Source of the DNA: Thermoanaerobaculia bacterium
Lineage (GTDB): Bacteria; Acidobacteriota; Thermoanaerobaculia; UBA5066; Gp7-AA6
Reading direction: 5' to 3'
Length of the DNA stretch: 64,000 nucleotides
NCBI GenBank assembly: GCA_035457525.1
Contig: DATIBN010000033.1
Span: 1,061 to 65,060, forward strand
Part shown: piece after piece, positions 36,192 through 45,419 of the stretch
Layout: the number at the start of each line of letters is the position of its first letter
Numbering within the stretch: the stretch's first letter is position 1
Translations under genes and position numbers: made by a program
Notes under the pieces: model-generated
What the model saw: only the letters and a program-made list of their open reading frames with translations
The model's database searches: none
Told to the model about the DNA's origin: nothing

Positions 36192-37278
36192 TCCGGCGCC
36201 GCGGGCGCCGGGGGAAAGCCGGCTGCACGCCTGGGCGCGCGACCGGCTGGGCTGGGACGACCTCGCGCACCTCGCGGCGAAGAAACGCGTCCCGGTTCAC
36301 CGCTACACCATCTTCTATTACCTCGGCGGGATGGCGTTGTTCCTCTTTCTCGTCCAGGTCGCCACCGGCATCCTCCTTCTCCTCTACTACCGGCCGAGCG
36401 CGGCCGAGGCGTTCGAGAGCGTCCAGTACATGATGGCCGACGTTCCGTTCGGCTGGCTGATTCGCTCGATCCACTCGTGGGGGGCGAACCTCTTCGTCGG
36501 GGTCGTCTTCGCGCACCTGATCTCGGTTTTCTTCCTGAAGGCCTACCGGGCGCCGCGCGAGATGACCTGGGTCACGGGCGTTCTGCTTCTCTTCCTCGCG
36601 CTCGGGTTCGGGTTCTCGGGCTACCTCCTGCCGTGGAACACGCTGGCGTTCTTCGCCACGAAGGTCGGAACCGACGTCCCCGCGCAGATCCCGGTCGTCG
36701 GCCACCTGCTCTCGCGCATCATGCGCGGGGGTTCGGACGTGAGCGGCGCGACGCTCTCCCGGTTCTACGGCATTCACGTCGCGATCCTGCCGGCCATCTC
36801 GACGCTGATTCTCGGGGCGCACCTCCTGCTCGTTCAGAGGCACGGGATGAGCGTTCCCCGCTCGGTGGAGGGGAAGACGCGCCGCAGCATCCCGTTCGTT
36901 CCGGACTTCCTCATGCGCGACATGGTGGGTTGGCTCGCGGCGGTCGGGCTTCTCGCGGCGCTCGCCGCGTTCTTCCCGTGGGAGCTGGGCGTCAAGGCGG
37001 ACCCGTTCGCGCCCGCGCCCGCCGGAATCCGTCCGGAGTGGTACTTCCTCTGGATGTTCCAGGGGCTGAAGTACCTTCCGGCGAAAATTTTCGGAATCCC
37101 CGGGGAGACCCTGGGCGTGCTCTTCTTCGGGGCGCTCGGCGCCGCTCTCGTCGCGGTTCCCTGGCTCGACCCGCGCGGCCGGCGCGGGATCGCGATCGCC
37201 GCCGTGGTCGTGCTCGCGGCCGCCGCGATACTGACCGTGCTCGCGCTCCTGCCGGTTCCAGGAGAAGCGAAGCCGTGA
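36154..37278 (+). CDS. cytochrome b (bc1/b6-type)
   Basis: Conserved N-terminal region [10 protein letters not shown]...[13 protein letters not shown]. Haem-ligating His in TM helices. 374 aa. Confidence 0.85.
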   Translation: MSEAKRSSSSSPDPAPRAPGESRLHAWARDRLGWDDLAHLAAKKRVPVHRYTIFYYLGGMALFLFLVQVATGILLLLYYRPSAAEAFESVQYMMADVPFGWLIRSIHSWGANLFVGVVFAHLISVFFLKAYRAPREMTWVTGVLLLFLALGFGFSGYLLPWNTLAFFATKVGTDVPAQIPVVGHLLSRIMRGGSDVSGATLSRFYGIHVAILPAISTLILGAHLLLVQRHGMSVPRSVEGKTRRSIPFVPDFLMRDMVGWLAAVGLLAALAAFFPWELGVKADPFAPAPAGIRPEWYFLWMFQGLKYLPAKIFGIPGETLGVLFFGALGAALVAVPWLDPRGRRGIAIAAVVVLAAAAILTVLALLPVPGEAKP

Positions 37279-38549
37279 GGGGGTTCGTCGTCCTCCTCTT
37301 GATGTTCCTCGCGGCGCCGTCAGTCCGTGCCCAGGCGCCCCCGAAGCCGCCGGCCGCGATCAACGGGTGCGTCGACTGCCACACCGCCCTGGACGACCCG
37401 AGGATCACGCCGCCCGTGAAGCTCTTCGCCGACGACGTCCACGCGAAGGCCGGCTTCACGTGCGTCTTCTGCCACGGAGGGGACGCGCGGCAGGAGGACC
37501 AGGAGAAGGCGCACGATCCGGCGAAGGGCTTCATCGGCAAGCCGAAGCCGCGCGAGATCCCGGAGCTGTGCGGAAAGTGTCACTCGGACGCGGCGCTCAT
37601 GAAGCAGTACGACCCCTCCCAGAGGATCGATCAGCTCGCCGAATACCGGACGAGCGGGCACGGCAAGGCGCTCGCCCGGGGCGACACGACGGTCGCGGAG
37701 TGCGCGAGCTGCCACGGCGCGCACGGAATCCAGCCGGTGAAGGACACGCGGTCTCCCGTGTCGCCGACCCGGGTCGCGGAGACCTGCAACCACTGCCACG
37801 GAAACGCCGCGCTCATGGCGGCGCACCAGCTCCCCTCGGATCCGTACGAGAAGTGGTCTCGGAGCGTGCACTACCGTGCGCGGGTGGAGAAGGCGGACCT
37901 GTCCGCCCCGACGTGCAACTCGTGTCACGGCAACCACGGTGCGGTGCCGCCCGAGGTCGGCTCGGTGGCGAACGTCTGCGGCACGTGCCACGTGACCTTC
38001 GCCGATCAGTTCAAGCTCTCGCCTCACTGGGAACCGTTCAAGGAGATGGGCCTCCCCGGCTGCGTGGCCTGTCACGAAAACCACGAGATCGTGAAGCCGA
38101 CCGAGGCGTTCCTGGCGGAGGGGAGTGAGAGCAAGTGCTCGAGCTGCCACGAGGCGGACTCGAAGGGCGCGCGGGCGGCGGCCGAGATGCACTCGGATCT
38201 CGTCGGGCTCGACCGCGAGATCCGGCGCGCCACGCAATTGGTCGACCGTGCGGCGGAGGCGGGGATGGAGGTGTCGAAGGTCCGCTTCGACCTCGTCGCT
38301 GCGACGAACGCCCTGACGAAGGCGCGCGCCGACGTCCACCTGTTCCGCCCGTCGGCGGTTCAAGCGGCGGTGGCGGAGGGTCTGAAGGTCGCCCGCGGGG
38401 CCGCCACCGGCGGGGAGGCGCGCCTGAAGGAGCGCGACTTCCGACGCCGGGGACTATTCATCTCTCTCGGGCTGATCCTGCTGTCGATCGCGGCGCTGGT
38501 GGTCCGGATCCGCGAACGGGAGCGTTCGACGCGGGAACCCGGGGAGTAG
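37275..38549 (+). CDS. nonaheme c-type cytochrome with C-terminal membrane anchor (bc-complex c-subunit, Cbc-like)
   Basis: Signal peptide and nine CxxCH motifs. GTG start overlaps the cytochrome b stop (GTGA). C-terminal TM helix. Confidence 0.8.
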   Translation: MRGFVVLLLMFLAAPSVRAQAPPKPPAAINGCVDCHTALDDPRITPPVKLFADDVHAKAGFTCVFCHGGDARQEDQEKAHDPAKGFIGKPKPREIPELCGKCHSDAALMKQYDPSQRIDQLAEYRTSGHGKALARGDTTVAECASCHGAHGIQPVKDTRSPVSPTRVAETCNHCHGNAALMAAHQLPSDPYEKWSRSVHYRARVEKADLSAPTCNSCHGNHGAVPPEVGSVANVCGTCHVTFADQFKLSPHWEPFKEMGLPGCVACHENHEIVKPTEAFLAEGSESKCSSCHEADSKGARAAAEMHSDLVGLDREIRRATQLVDRAAEAGMEVSKVRFDLVAATNALTKARADVHLFRPSAVQAAVAEGLKVARGAATGGEARLKERDFRRRGLFISLGLILLSIAALVVRIRERERSTREPGE

Positions 38550-38599
38550 GCTCTATTCACGCGCAGGGACGCGACCCTGCCGAACACGGAGGATCGGAG

Positions 38600-38890
38600 A
38601 TGAAGAAACCCGACTCGCGCCTCGCCGCGACCGCGCTCGTACTGTTCTCGGCCGGATGGATCGCGCTGACAGCGTCCTCGACGGCAACGATGCCCCTGCA
38701 GAAAAAAGCGAAGGAGCTGGGCTTCTCCGCCGACAACTGCCTCTACTGCCACAACGAGAAGCTGCCGAAGAAGGGCGCCGTGACGCAGAACGGCCGGGGA
38801 GAGTGGCTCATCGCCGAGAAGGAGAAGAGACACGCCAAGGAAGTCGACGTGACCTGGCTGAAGTACTACCCGGAGGAAAAGAAGAAGTAG
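38600..38890 (+). CDS. small secreted single-CxxCH protein, paralog 3
   Basis: MKKPDSRLAATALVLFSAGWIALTASSTATMPLQKKAKE...NCLYCH...WLKYYPEEKKK. Confidence 0.6.
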   Translation: MKKPDSRLAATALVLFSAGWIALTASSTATMPLQKKAKELGFSADNCLYCHNEKLPKKGAVTQNGRGEWLIAEKEKRHAKEVDVTWLKYYPEEKKK

Positions 38891-38918
38891 GGCGCCGCTC
38901 GCCGGCGCGGGCTCACCG

Positions 38919-39677
38919 TCAACCGCGTCCGCCGACGGCCTCGCGCCACCTCTTTGCCGATTCGAGCACGAGCGAGCGGTCGCTCGTCGTGAAGAAGCGG
39001 TAGCCCAGATCGCGAAGCGCCGGGATCTGGTCGCGATTGGCGACCATGATCCCCGCGGTCTTGCCGGCGCGCGACGCCTCGGTGGCGATCTGTTCGAGAG
39101 CCGAGCGGTAGCGCTCCGACGACGTATCGCCCGGAGAGCCCAGGGCCTGCGAGAGGTCGTTGGGGCCGACGAAGAGCACGTCGACCGCGGGCAGTTGGGC
39201 GAGCGCCGGGAGCTCGGCGAGCGCGCCTTCCCGCTCGATCTGGACTGCAACCAGCGTTTCGTCGTTCGCGCGCCGGACGAAGTCCGCGAGCGGCATCGTG
39301 GCGTAGCGGTTCGCTCGCACGCCGCCCAGGCCGCGCTTTCCCTCCGGGGCGAATTTCAGGGCGTCGAGGGCGGCCTTGGCCATCGCGGCGCTCTCGACGC
39401 GGGGGAGAAGCGCCCCCGCCGCGCCGGCGTCGAGGTACCGGCCGAGCTGTTCCGATACGGCGGTCGGAGGCCGCACGACCGCCGCGATCCCCGCGGCGTC
39501 GGCCGCGAGAACCATTGCCGCAACCGACTCGATCGAGAAGAACCCGTGCTCGACGTCGATGAGGACGAAGTCGAACCCGGCGAGCCCCGCGAGCTCGACG
39601 ACTCCGCTCGACGGCCACGTCAGGAAACAGCCGAGGACGGGTTCGCCGTCGAGGACGCGCCTGCGGAAGACCGGCAT
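38919..39677 (-). CDS. HpcH/HpaI family aldolase (citrate-lyase-beta-like)
   Basis: FVLIDVEHG...VRPP and LFVGPNDLS motifs. Confidence 0.75.
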   Translation of the reverse strand: MPVFRRRVLDGEPVLGCFLTWPSSGVVELAGLAGFDFVLIDVEHGFFSIESVAAMVLAADAAGIAAVVRPPTAVSEQLGRYLDAGAAGALLPRVESAAMAKAALDALKFAPEGKRGLGGVRANRYATMPLADFVRRANDETLVAVQIEREGALAELPALAQLPAVDVLFVGPNDLSQALGSPGDTSSERYRSALEQIATEASRAGKTAGIMVANRDQIPALRDLGYRFFTTSDRSLVLESAKRWREAVGGRG

Positions 39678-39742
39678 CCGGCGGAAACTATCAGGTCCCG
39701 GGCGCGATCGCTCGCCGCCGTCGGACCCGCTATGCTTTCCCC

Positions 39743-41926
39743 ATCCGCCGCGACCTTCTCGTCATCCTGATCCTCGCCGCGCCCCTTCGCCCGGATGGGA
39801 CCGACGGGGAGACCCCGCCGTATCCGGCGACACGCCGTGACCCCGTCGTCGAGGAGCACTTCGGCACGAAGGTCGCGGATCCGTACCGCTGGCTGGAGCA
39901 GCTCGACGGTCGCGACACCGCCGGATGGGTGAAGGAGCAGACGGCGTACACGCGGACGTATCTCGACCGAATTCCGCAGCGAGACGCGATCCGGCGCCGG
40001 CTGACAACCCTGTGGAACGCGACCGCCACCGGCGTGCCCTGGCGCGAGGCCCGTCGCCTCTTCTTCACGGAGAACGCGGGCCTGCAGCAGCAGCCGGCCC
40101 TGTACGAGCAGGACGGGCCCGAAGGCGCGCCGCGCCTCGTCTTCGATCCCCAGCGAATTTCGCCGGACGGGTCGGTCGCGGTCGGGGACTACGTCGTGTC
40201 GCCGGACGGGCGCCGGCTCGCCTATTCGGTCTCGAAGGGCGGCGCGGACGCCGGAGAGACGCGCGTTCGAGACCTCGCAACGGATCGCGATCTCCCCGAT
40301 ACCGTCGTCGGCGGTGGCATCTGCTGGACGAAGGACGCCCGCGGCTTCTTCTACAAGCGTTCGCAGTCGGCGGATCCGGCAGACACGCCCGACGCCGCGC
40401 GGATCGTGAAGCAGCTCTACTACCACTTGCTCGGCCGGCCGCCGGAGGAGGACCGGTTGCTCCACGAGTGGAGGGAGAACTACCGCTGGCTTTACGCGAT
40501 GCTCTCCGACGACGGCCGATGGGCGATCGTCGTCGCGGAGCGGGGAGCGAACGCGTGGATGTATGCTGTCCCCCTCGGAGATACCGGGGCCCTCGGCCCC
40601 TCGACCCGGCTCGTGGCGCTGACCGGCGGCGAGGCGGCCTACACCCCGATCGACACGGTGGGGGACACCCTCTACGCCGTGACCGATCGGGAAGCTCCGC
40701 GGCGCCGCGTGATCGCTCTCGACCTTCGGCGAGGGACCGCGGCCTGGGCGCGTACTGTCGTCCCCGAGTCGGCCGACGTGATCGACAACGCCGCGCTCGC
40801 CGGCGACCGGCTCGTCGTGCATTACCTCGGGGACGTCCAGAGCCGGCTGCGCCTCTTCACGCTGGACGGAAAACCCGCGGGAGAGATCGCGCTTCCGGGG
40901 ATCGGGGCGGTCGGGTGGCCGATGAACGCGCGACCCTCGGCGCGGGAGCTCTATTACTCCTTCACGTCGTACCTTCTGCCGGAGACGGTCTACCGCTACG
41001 ACCTGACGAACGGGGTGAGCCGCCCGTTCCGTCCGCCCCGGACGACCTTCGACGCCCGGGCCTACGAGACCCGGCAGGTCTTCTATCGGTCGAAGGACGG
41101 CACGCGGGTGCCGATGTTCGTCACGGCGAAGAAGTCCCTGCGCTTGACCGGGCGGAATCCAACGATGCTGACCGGGTACGGCGGTTACGGCTCAGTCTTG
41201 ACCCCGCAGTACCGCCCGGACGTCGCGCTCTGGCTGGAGTCGGGCGGGATCTACGCCGTGGCCAACATCCGCGGGGGCGGCGAGTACGGCGAGGAATGGC
41301 ACCGCGCCGGCAGCCTCGAACGGAAGCAGAACAGCTTCGACGACTTCATCGCCGCCGCGGAGTATCTGATCGCCCGGCGCTACACCTCCGCCGGAAGGCT
41401 CGCGATCTACGGACATTCGAACGGCGGGTTGCTGGTCGGGGCGGTCGCGACCCAGCGCCCGGACCTCTTCGCGGTGGCGATCGCGAACGCCGGGCACCAC
41501 GACATGCTGCGATACCACCGGTTCACGGCCGGCGCGGGCTGGATCCCGGAGTACGGCTCTCCCGACGATCCGGCCGCGTTCCGCTACCTGCGCGCCTACT
41601 CGCCGCTGCACAACGTCCGGAAGGGCGCGTGCTATCCCGCGACGCTGCTGCTCGTTGCGGATCACGACGACCGCGTCGTGCCGAGCCACTCGTACAAGTT
41701 CGCCGCCACGCTCCAGGCGGCGCAGGAGTGCAATCGACCGATCCTCCTCCGCGTGGCGCGCGACGCCAGCCACAGCTACGCGTCCGCGACCGCGGCGATC
41801 GACGAGCTGTCGGACCTGTGGGCGTTCGTCGCGGCTCGGCTCGGAGTGCCGACGACGGCCGCCGGCCGTCAGGGCGAGTTCGGCGTCCGGCTCCGGACCA
41901 GGTTGAACTTCAGCATCTCGCCGTAG
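39743..41926 (+). CDS. prolyl oligopeptidase (S9A family); canonical start codon not found
   Basis: Own translation: ...IRRDLLVILILAAPL...PPYPATRRDPVVEEHFGTKVADPYRWLEQLD... then Ser/Asp/His region GHSNGGLL ... DHDDRVVP ... SHSY. The track ORF starts at an internal GTG at 39929. Start given here is approximate. Confidence 0.75.
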   Translation: MRRDLLVILILAAPLRPDGTDGETPPYPATRRDPVVEEHFGTKVADPYRWLEQLDGRDTAGWVKEQTAYTRTYLDRIPQRDAIRRRLTTLWNATATGVPWREARRLFFTENAGLQQQPALYEQDGPEGAPRLVFDPQRISPDGSVAVGDYVVSPDGRRLAYSVSKGGADAGETRVRDLATDRDLPDTVVGGGICWTKDARGFFYKRSQSADPADTPDAARIVKQLYYHLLGRPPEEDRLLHEWRENYRWLYAMLSDDGRWAIVVAERGANAWMYAVPLGDTGALGPSTRLVALTGGEAAYTPIDTVGDTLYAVTDREAPRRRVIALDLRRGTAAWARTVVPESADVIDNAALAGDRLVVHYLGDVQSRLRLFTLDGKPAGEIALPGIGAVGWPMNARPSARELYYSFTSYLLPETVYRYDLTNGVSRPFRPPRTTFDARAYETRQVFYRSKDGTRVPMFVTAKKSLRLTGRNPTMLTGYGGYGSVLTPQYRPDVALWLESGGIYAVANIRGGGEYGEEWHRAGSLERKQNSFDDFIAAAEYLIARRYTSAGRLAIYGHSNGGLLVGAVATQRPDLFAVAIANAGHHDMLRYHRFTAGAGWIPEYGSPDDPAAFRYLRAYSPLHNVRKGACYPATLLLVADHDDRVVPSHSYKFAATLQAAQECNRPILLRVARDASHSYASATAAIDELSDLWAFVAARLGVPTTAAGRQGEFGVRLRTRLNFSISP

Positions 41927-43425
41927 GACACCCGGGAGTCCAGGTCCTCCCGCGCAATCTTCAGGTGCTGCGTCAGGCCCTCGAGGACGAGCTCCATGCC
42001 GACCGCGAGCTCCTCGGCCGACGCCGGGGCGAAGTGCTCCTCGACCGCCTTCTTCAGTCCGGGGACGGACTCGAGCGTCGCGAGGTGCTCGGAAAAGGGG
42101 GAGTCGTCCGAGAGCGTGATCTTGTTTCCCGCCGCGAACCACTCGAGGATCGGCTCGTAGAGCGGATGGATCTTCTCCGGCGGCGCCATCGCGCGCGCCC
42201 GCCGCGGCATCGACAGCTCGTCCGTGTCGTCCTCGTCGGCGGGGCGGCGGCGCTGCGAGGGGCGCCCCGAGTCGGGCGCCGGGAACCGCGCGTCGAAGAG
42301 CTTCTTGACCGCTGTCGCGATCAGCTTCTTGGCGATGACCTCCGCCCCCTGCTGCTCCCCTTCGTAGACCATCTCGACTTTCCCCGTGATCGCGGGGAGG
42401 CACGCCGGCAGGTCGCAGAGCCGGGGGAAGACGTGCCGCTCCCCGTGGACGAGCCCACGGCGCTCCAGGTTCGACGCGAGGATCTCCACTGCGGAGATCG
42501 GCATCCGCGCCGACACTCCGGACGACTGGTCGACGAACTCGCTCGCTCGTGCGGCGAACGCGATCTCCTCGACGAGCTCGCGGAAGAACTCCGGGACCTC
42601 GACCGCGGGATGGGCGTCGCGCTCGAGCCACGCCTCCTGAGCCGTGATCCTCGCCGCGGTCTTCACGTCGTCCGGGTAGTGCGTGAGGATCTGGGACGAG
42701 ATCCGGTCCTTCAGCGGCGTGATGATGTTGCCGCGGTTCGTGTAGTCCTCCGGGTTCGCCGAGAACACGAGGAGGATGTCGAGCGGTATCCGGACCGGGA
42801 AGCCCCGGATCTGGAGGTCGCGCTCCTCGAGGATGTTCAGCAGTCCCACCTGGATCCGCGGCTGCAGGTCCGGGAGTTCGTTGATCGCGAAGATGCCCCG
42901 GTTGGTGCGCGGGATGATTCCGAAGTGGATGACCTCTTCGTCCGAGTAGGACCGGCGCTCCGTCGCCGCCTTGATGGGGTCCACGTCGCCGATCAGGTCC
43001 GCGATCGTCACGTCGGGCGTGGCGAGCTTTTCCCGGTACCGTTCCTCGCGCGGCATCCACGCGATCGGCGTCTCGGGGCCGTGCTCGGCGACCATCCGCC
43101 GGCCGTACTTCGTGATCGGGTGAAACGGGTCTTCGTTCAGATCGCTCCCCGCGATCGTGGGGATCTCCGGGTCGAGCAGGCCGACGAGGAGCCGCAGCAG
43201 GCGCGTCTTCGCCTGGCCCCGGAGCCCCAGGAGGAGGAAGTCGTGGCGGGAGAGAACGGCGTTGTGAAGCGCCGGAAGGACCGTGCGCTCGTATCCGTGG
43301 ATTCCGTCGAACGGGTTCCTTCCCTCCGCGAGCGCACGGCGGAGGTTGCCGCGCAGCTCTTCCTTGACGCTGCGCGGGCGGTACCCGGCCGCCTGGAGCT
43401 CACCGAGCGTCCGGGGCTTCGTCAT
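41869..43425 (-). CDS. AAA+ ATPase, Mg-chelatase ChlI-like family
   Basis: Walker A GLRGQAKT, FAINELPDL (Walker B-like), and arginine-finger region similar to ChlI/BchI. Confidence 0.65.
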   Translation of the reverse strand: MTKPRTLGELQAAGYRPRSVKEELRGNLRRALAEGRNPFDGIHGYERTVLPALHNAVLSRHDFLLLGLRGQAKTRLLRLLVGLLDPEIPTIAGSDLNEDPFHPITKYGRRMVAEHGPETPIAWMPREERYREKLATPDVTIADLIGDVDPIKAATERRSYSDEEVIHFGIIPRTNRGIFAINELPDLQPRIQVGLLNILEERDLQIRGFPVRIPLDILLVFSANPEDYTNRGNIITPLKDRISSQILTHYPDDVKTAARITAQEAWLERDAHPAVEVPEFFRELVEEIAFAARASEFVDQSSGVSARMPISAVEILASNLERRGLVHGERHVFPRLCDLPACLPAITGKVEMVYEGEQQGAEVIAKKLIATAVKKLFDARFPAPDSGRPSQRRRPADEDDTDELSMPRRARAMAPPEKIHPLYEPILEWFAAGNKITLSDDSPFSEHLATLESVPGLKKAVEEHFAPASAEELAVGMELVLEGLTQHLKIAREDLDSRVSYGEMLKFNLVRSRTPNSP

Positions 43426-43465
43426 CCGGCTCGCCGGCCGGCTGCCCGCCGGCGTTTCGGGACTC

Positions 43466-43945
43466 TCATCCGGGGACGATCAGGGGGACGTTCTCGCCGA
43501 TCCGGAAAATCCGCACCGACGGGCGTCCGGCGCGGTGGCCGGCGTGCTTCGCCAGCGCCTCGAGCCTCGGGCGCTGAAATCCGACCACCGTCTCGCGGAT
43601 CCGGGCGCCCGCTCCGACGAGAAAGAACGTAGGGACGTTCGTCAGCCCGAGCGCAGCCGATGCCTTCCACGGCGGCGCATCGTAGAGCGTCTCGAGGCGG
43701 ACGCCCAGGCGCTCGTTGAACGCCGCCGTCTCCGGCCGGCCGTCCTGCGACACCGCGAAAACGGGGACGGCTCCGGAGGCGGCTCGGCGGATCCGGTCGA
43801 AGTACGGCCACGCGAGCTCGGACGTCGGGCAGGTCGTCTTGAAAAAGCCGTAGAGAGCTTCGCCGTCGGGAGGAACGAACCGGGCGCCGGTCTCCGTTTC
43901 GAGCTCGATTTTCGGAAACACCGTGCCGGGTTCGAGGGCCGCCAA
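43466..43945 (-). CDS. redoxin/thioredoxin-fold protein (AhpC/TSA-like)
   Basis: LEPGTVFPKIELETETGARFVPPDG...FFKTTCPTS thioredoxin-fold motif. Start (TTG/GTG) uncertain. The rest of track ORF 43466..45655 is artifact. Confidence 0.45.
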   Translation of the reverse strand: MAALEPGTVFPKIELETETGARFVPPDGEALYGFFKTTCPTSELAWPYFDRIRRAASGAVPVFAVSQDGRPETAAFNERLGVRLETLYDAPPWKASAALGLTNVPTFFLVGAGARIRETVVGFQRPRLEALAKHAGHRAGRPSVRIFRIGENVPLIVPG

Positions 43946-44050
43946 AAAACCTCCCGCTCCGGATCCTCCGGAGCCGTTCTTCGACGTCGCGATTATAGAC
44001 TTCCGCCGCTTCGCGCTCGACGATTCCGAGGCGGCCGAACTCGAGGAGAA

Positions 44051-45394
44051 ATGCCGGCGCAGAAACCGCGGAAGATCTCGCGTCGCGAGCTCGTCCGGAG
44101 CGCGGGCGCGGCCCTCACTCTGGGAGCGCTTCCCGCTCTCGCGTGCGGGCGACGCGGCCGGCAGCCCGCCCCCGGAAAGAAAACGCTGAAGATCCTCCAG
44201 TGGAGTCACTTCATCCCGGCGTACGACCGCTGGTTCGACGGCATCTACACGAAGCAGTGGGGCGAGAAGAACGGCGTCCAGGTCACCGTGGACCACATGG
44301 CCTCCACCGAGGTCGCCGCGCGCGGAGCGGCCGAGGTCGCGGCGCGCCAGGGGCACGATCTCTTCCTGTTCCTGTCTCCTCCCGCCGCCTACGAAGCGCA
44401 GGTCCTGGACCACCGCGACGTCGTCGAAGCGGTCGAGAAGAAGCACGGGAAAATGATCCGCCTCGCCGAGCGGTCCACGTACAACCCGAAGACCGGCAAG
44501 TACTACGCGTTTTCCGACTCCTATGTGCCGGACCCCGGCAACTACCGGACCGACCTCTGGCGCGAGGTCGGTTTCCCCAACGGCCCCGACACGTGGGAGG
44601 ACCTGCGGATCGGGGGCGGCCGGATCAAGCAGAGATTCGGCAATCCGGTGGGCGTGGGGCTCTCCCAGGAGATCGACTCGAACATGGCGCTGCGCGGGGT
44701 CCTCTGGTCGTTCGGCGGCGCCGAGCAGGACGAAGAGGGTCGCGTCGCGATCAACTCGCAGGAGACGATCGAGGCCCTGAAGTTCATGCGGGCGCTCTAC
44801 AAGGAGACCATGACCCCGGAGGTCTTCACGTGGGACCCGTCGTCGAACAATCGCATGATCCTCGCCGGGCGCGCGTCCTTCGTGTGCAACGCGATCTCCG
44901 TCACGCGAACCGCAGAGAGGGAGAACCGGGAGATGGCGAGGAAGATCGGTCTGACGCCGGCGCTGGCCGGGCCGGTGCGCCGAATCGCTTCCGAGCACGT
45001 CATGAATTGCTACGTCGTCTGGAAGTTCGCGGAAAACCCGGACGCCGCGAAGCAGTTCCTCGTGGACCTGATCGACCACTTCTCCGACGTGTTCCGCGAG
45101 GGGGAGTCGTACAACTTTCCGTGCTTTCCGGCGTCGCTTCCCGACCTCGCGGAGAGAATCGCGAACGATCCGAAAGCGGAGCCGCCCGACAAGTACCGCG
45201 TTCTCGAATCGGTCCTCGACTGGGCGACGAACGTCGGGTTTCCGGGCTATGCGACGGCCGAAATCGACGAGGTCTTCAACACGTTCGTGATCCCGACGAT
45301 GTTCGCCCGCGTGGCGCGGGAGGAGGTCACGCCGGAGGAAGCCGTGAAAGTCGCGGAGCAGGAGATCCGCCGGATCTTCGCGAAGTGGCAGTAG
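44051..45394 (+). CDS. ABC transporter substrate-binding protein (family-1, sugar-type) with Tat signal
   Basis: SRRELVRSAGAALTLGALPALA twin-arginine signal. Solute-binding-protein fold. Followed by ATPase and two permeases. Confidence 0.85.
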   Translation: MPAQKPRKISRRELVRSAGAALTLGALPALACGRRGRQPAPGKKTLKILQWSHFIPAYDRWFDGIYTKQWGEKNGVQVTVDHMASTEVAARGAAEVAARQGHDLFLFLSPPAAYEAQVLDHRDVVEAVEKKHGKMIRLAERSTYNPKTGKYYAFSDSYVPDPGNYRTDLWREVGFPNGPDTWEDLRIGGGRIKQRFGNPVGVGLSQEIDSNMALRGVLWSFGGAEQDEEGRVAINSQETIEALKFMRALYKETMTPEVFTWDPSSNNRMILAGRASFVCNAISVTRTAERENREMARKIGLTPALAGPVRRIASEHVMNCYVVWKFAENPDAAKQFLVDLIDHFSDVFREGESYNFPCFPASLPDLAERIANDPKAEPPDKYRVLESVLDWATNVGFPGYATAEIDEVFNTFVIPTMFARVAREEVTPEEAVKVAEQEIRRIFAKWQ

Positions 45395-45419
45395 GTCCGG
45401 GGACGGCCCGAAGGGTCGC

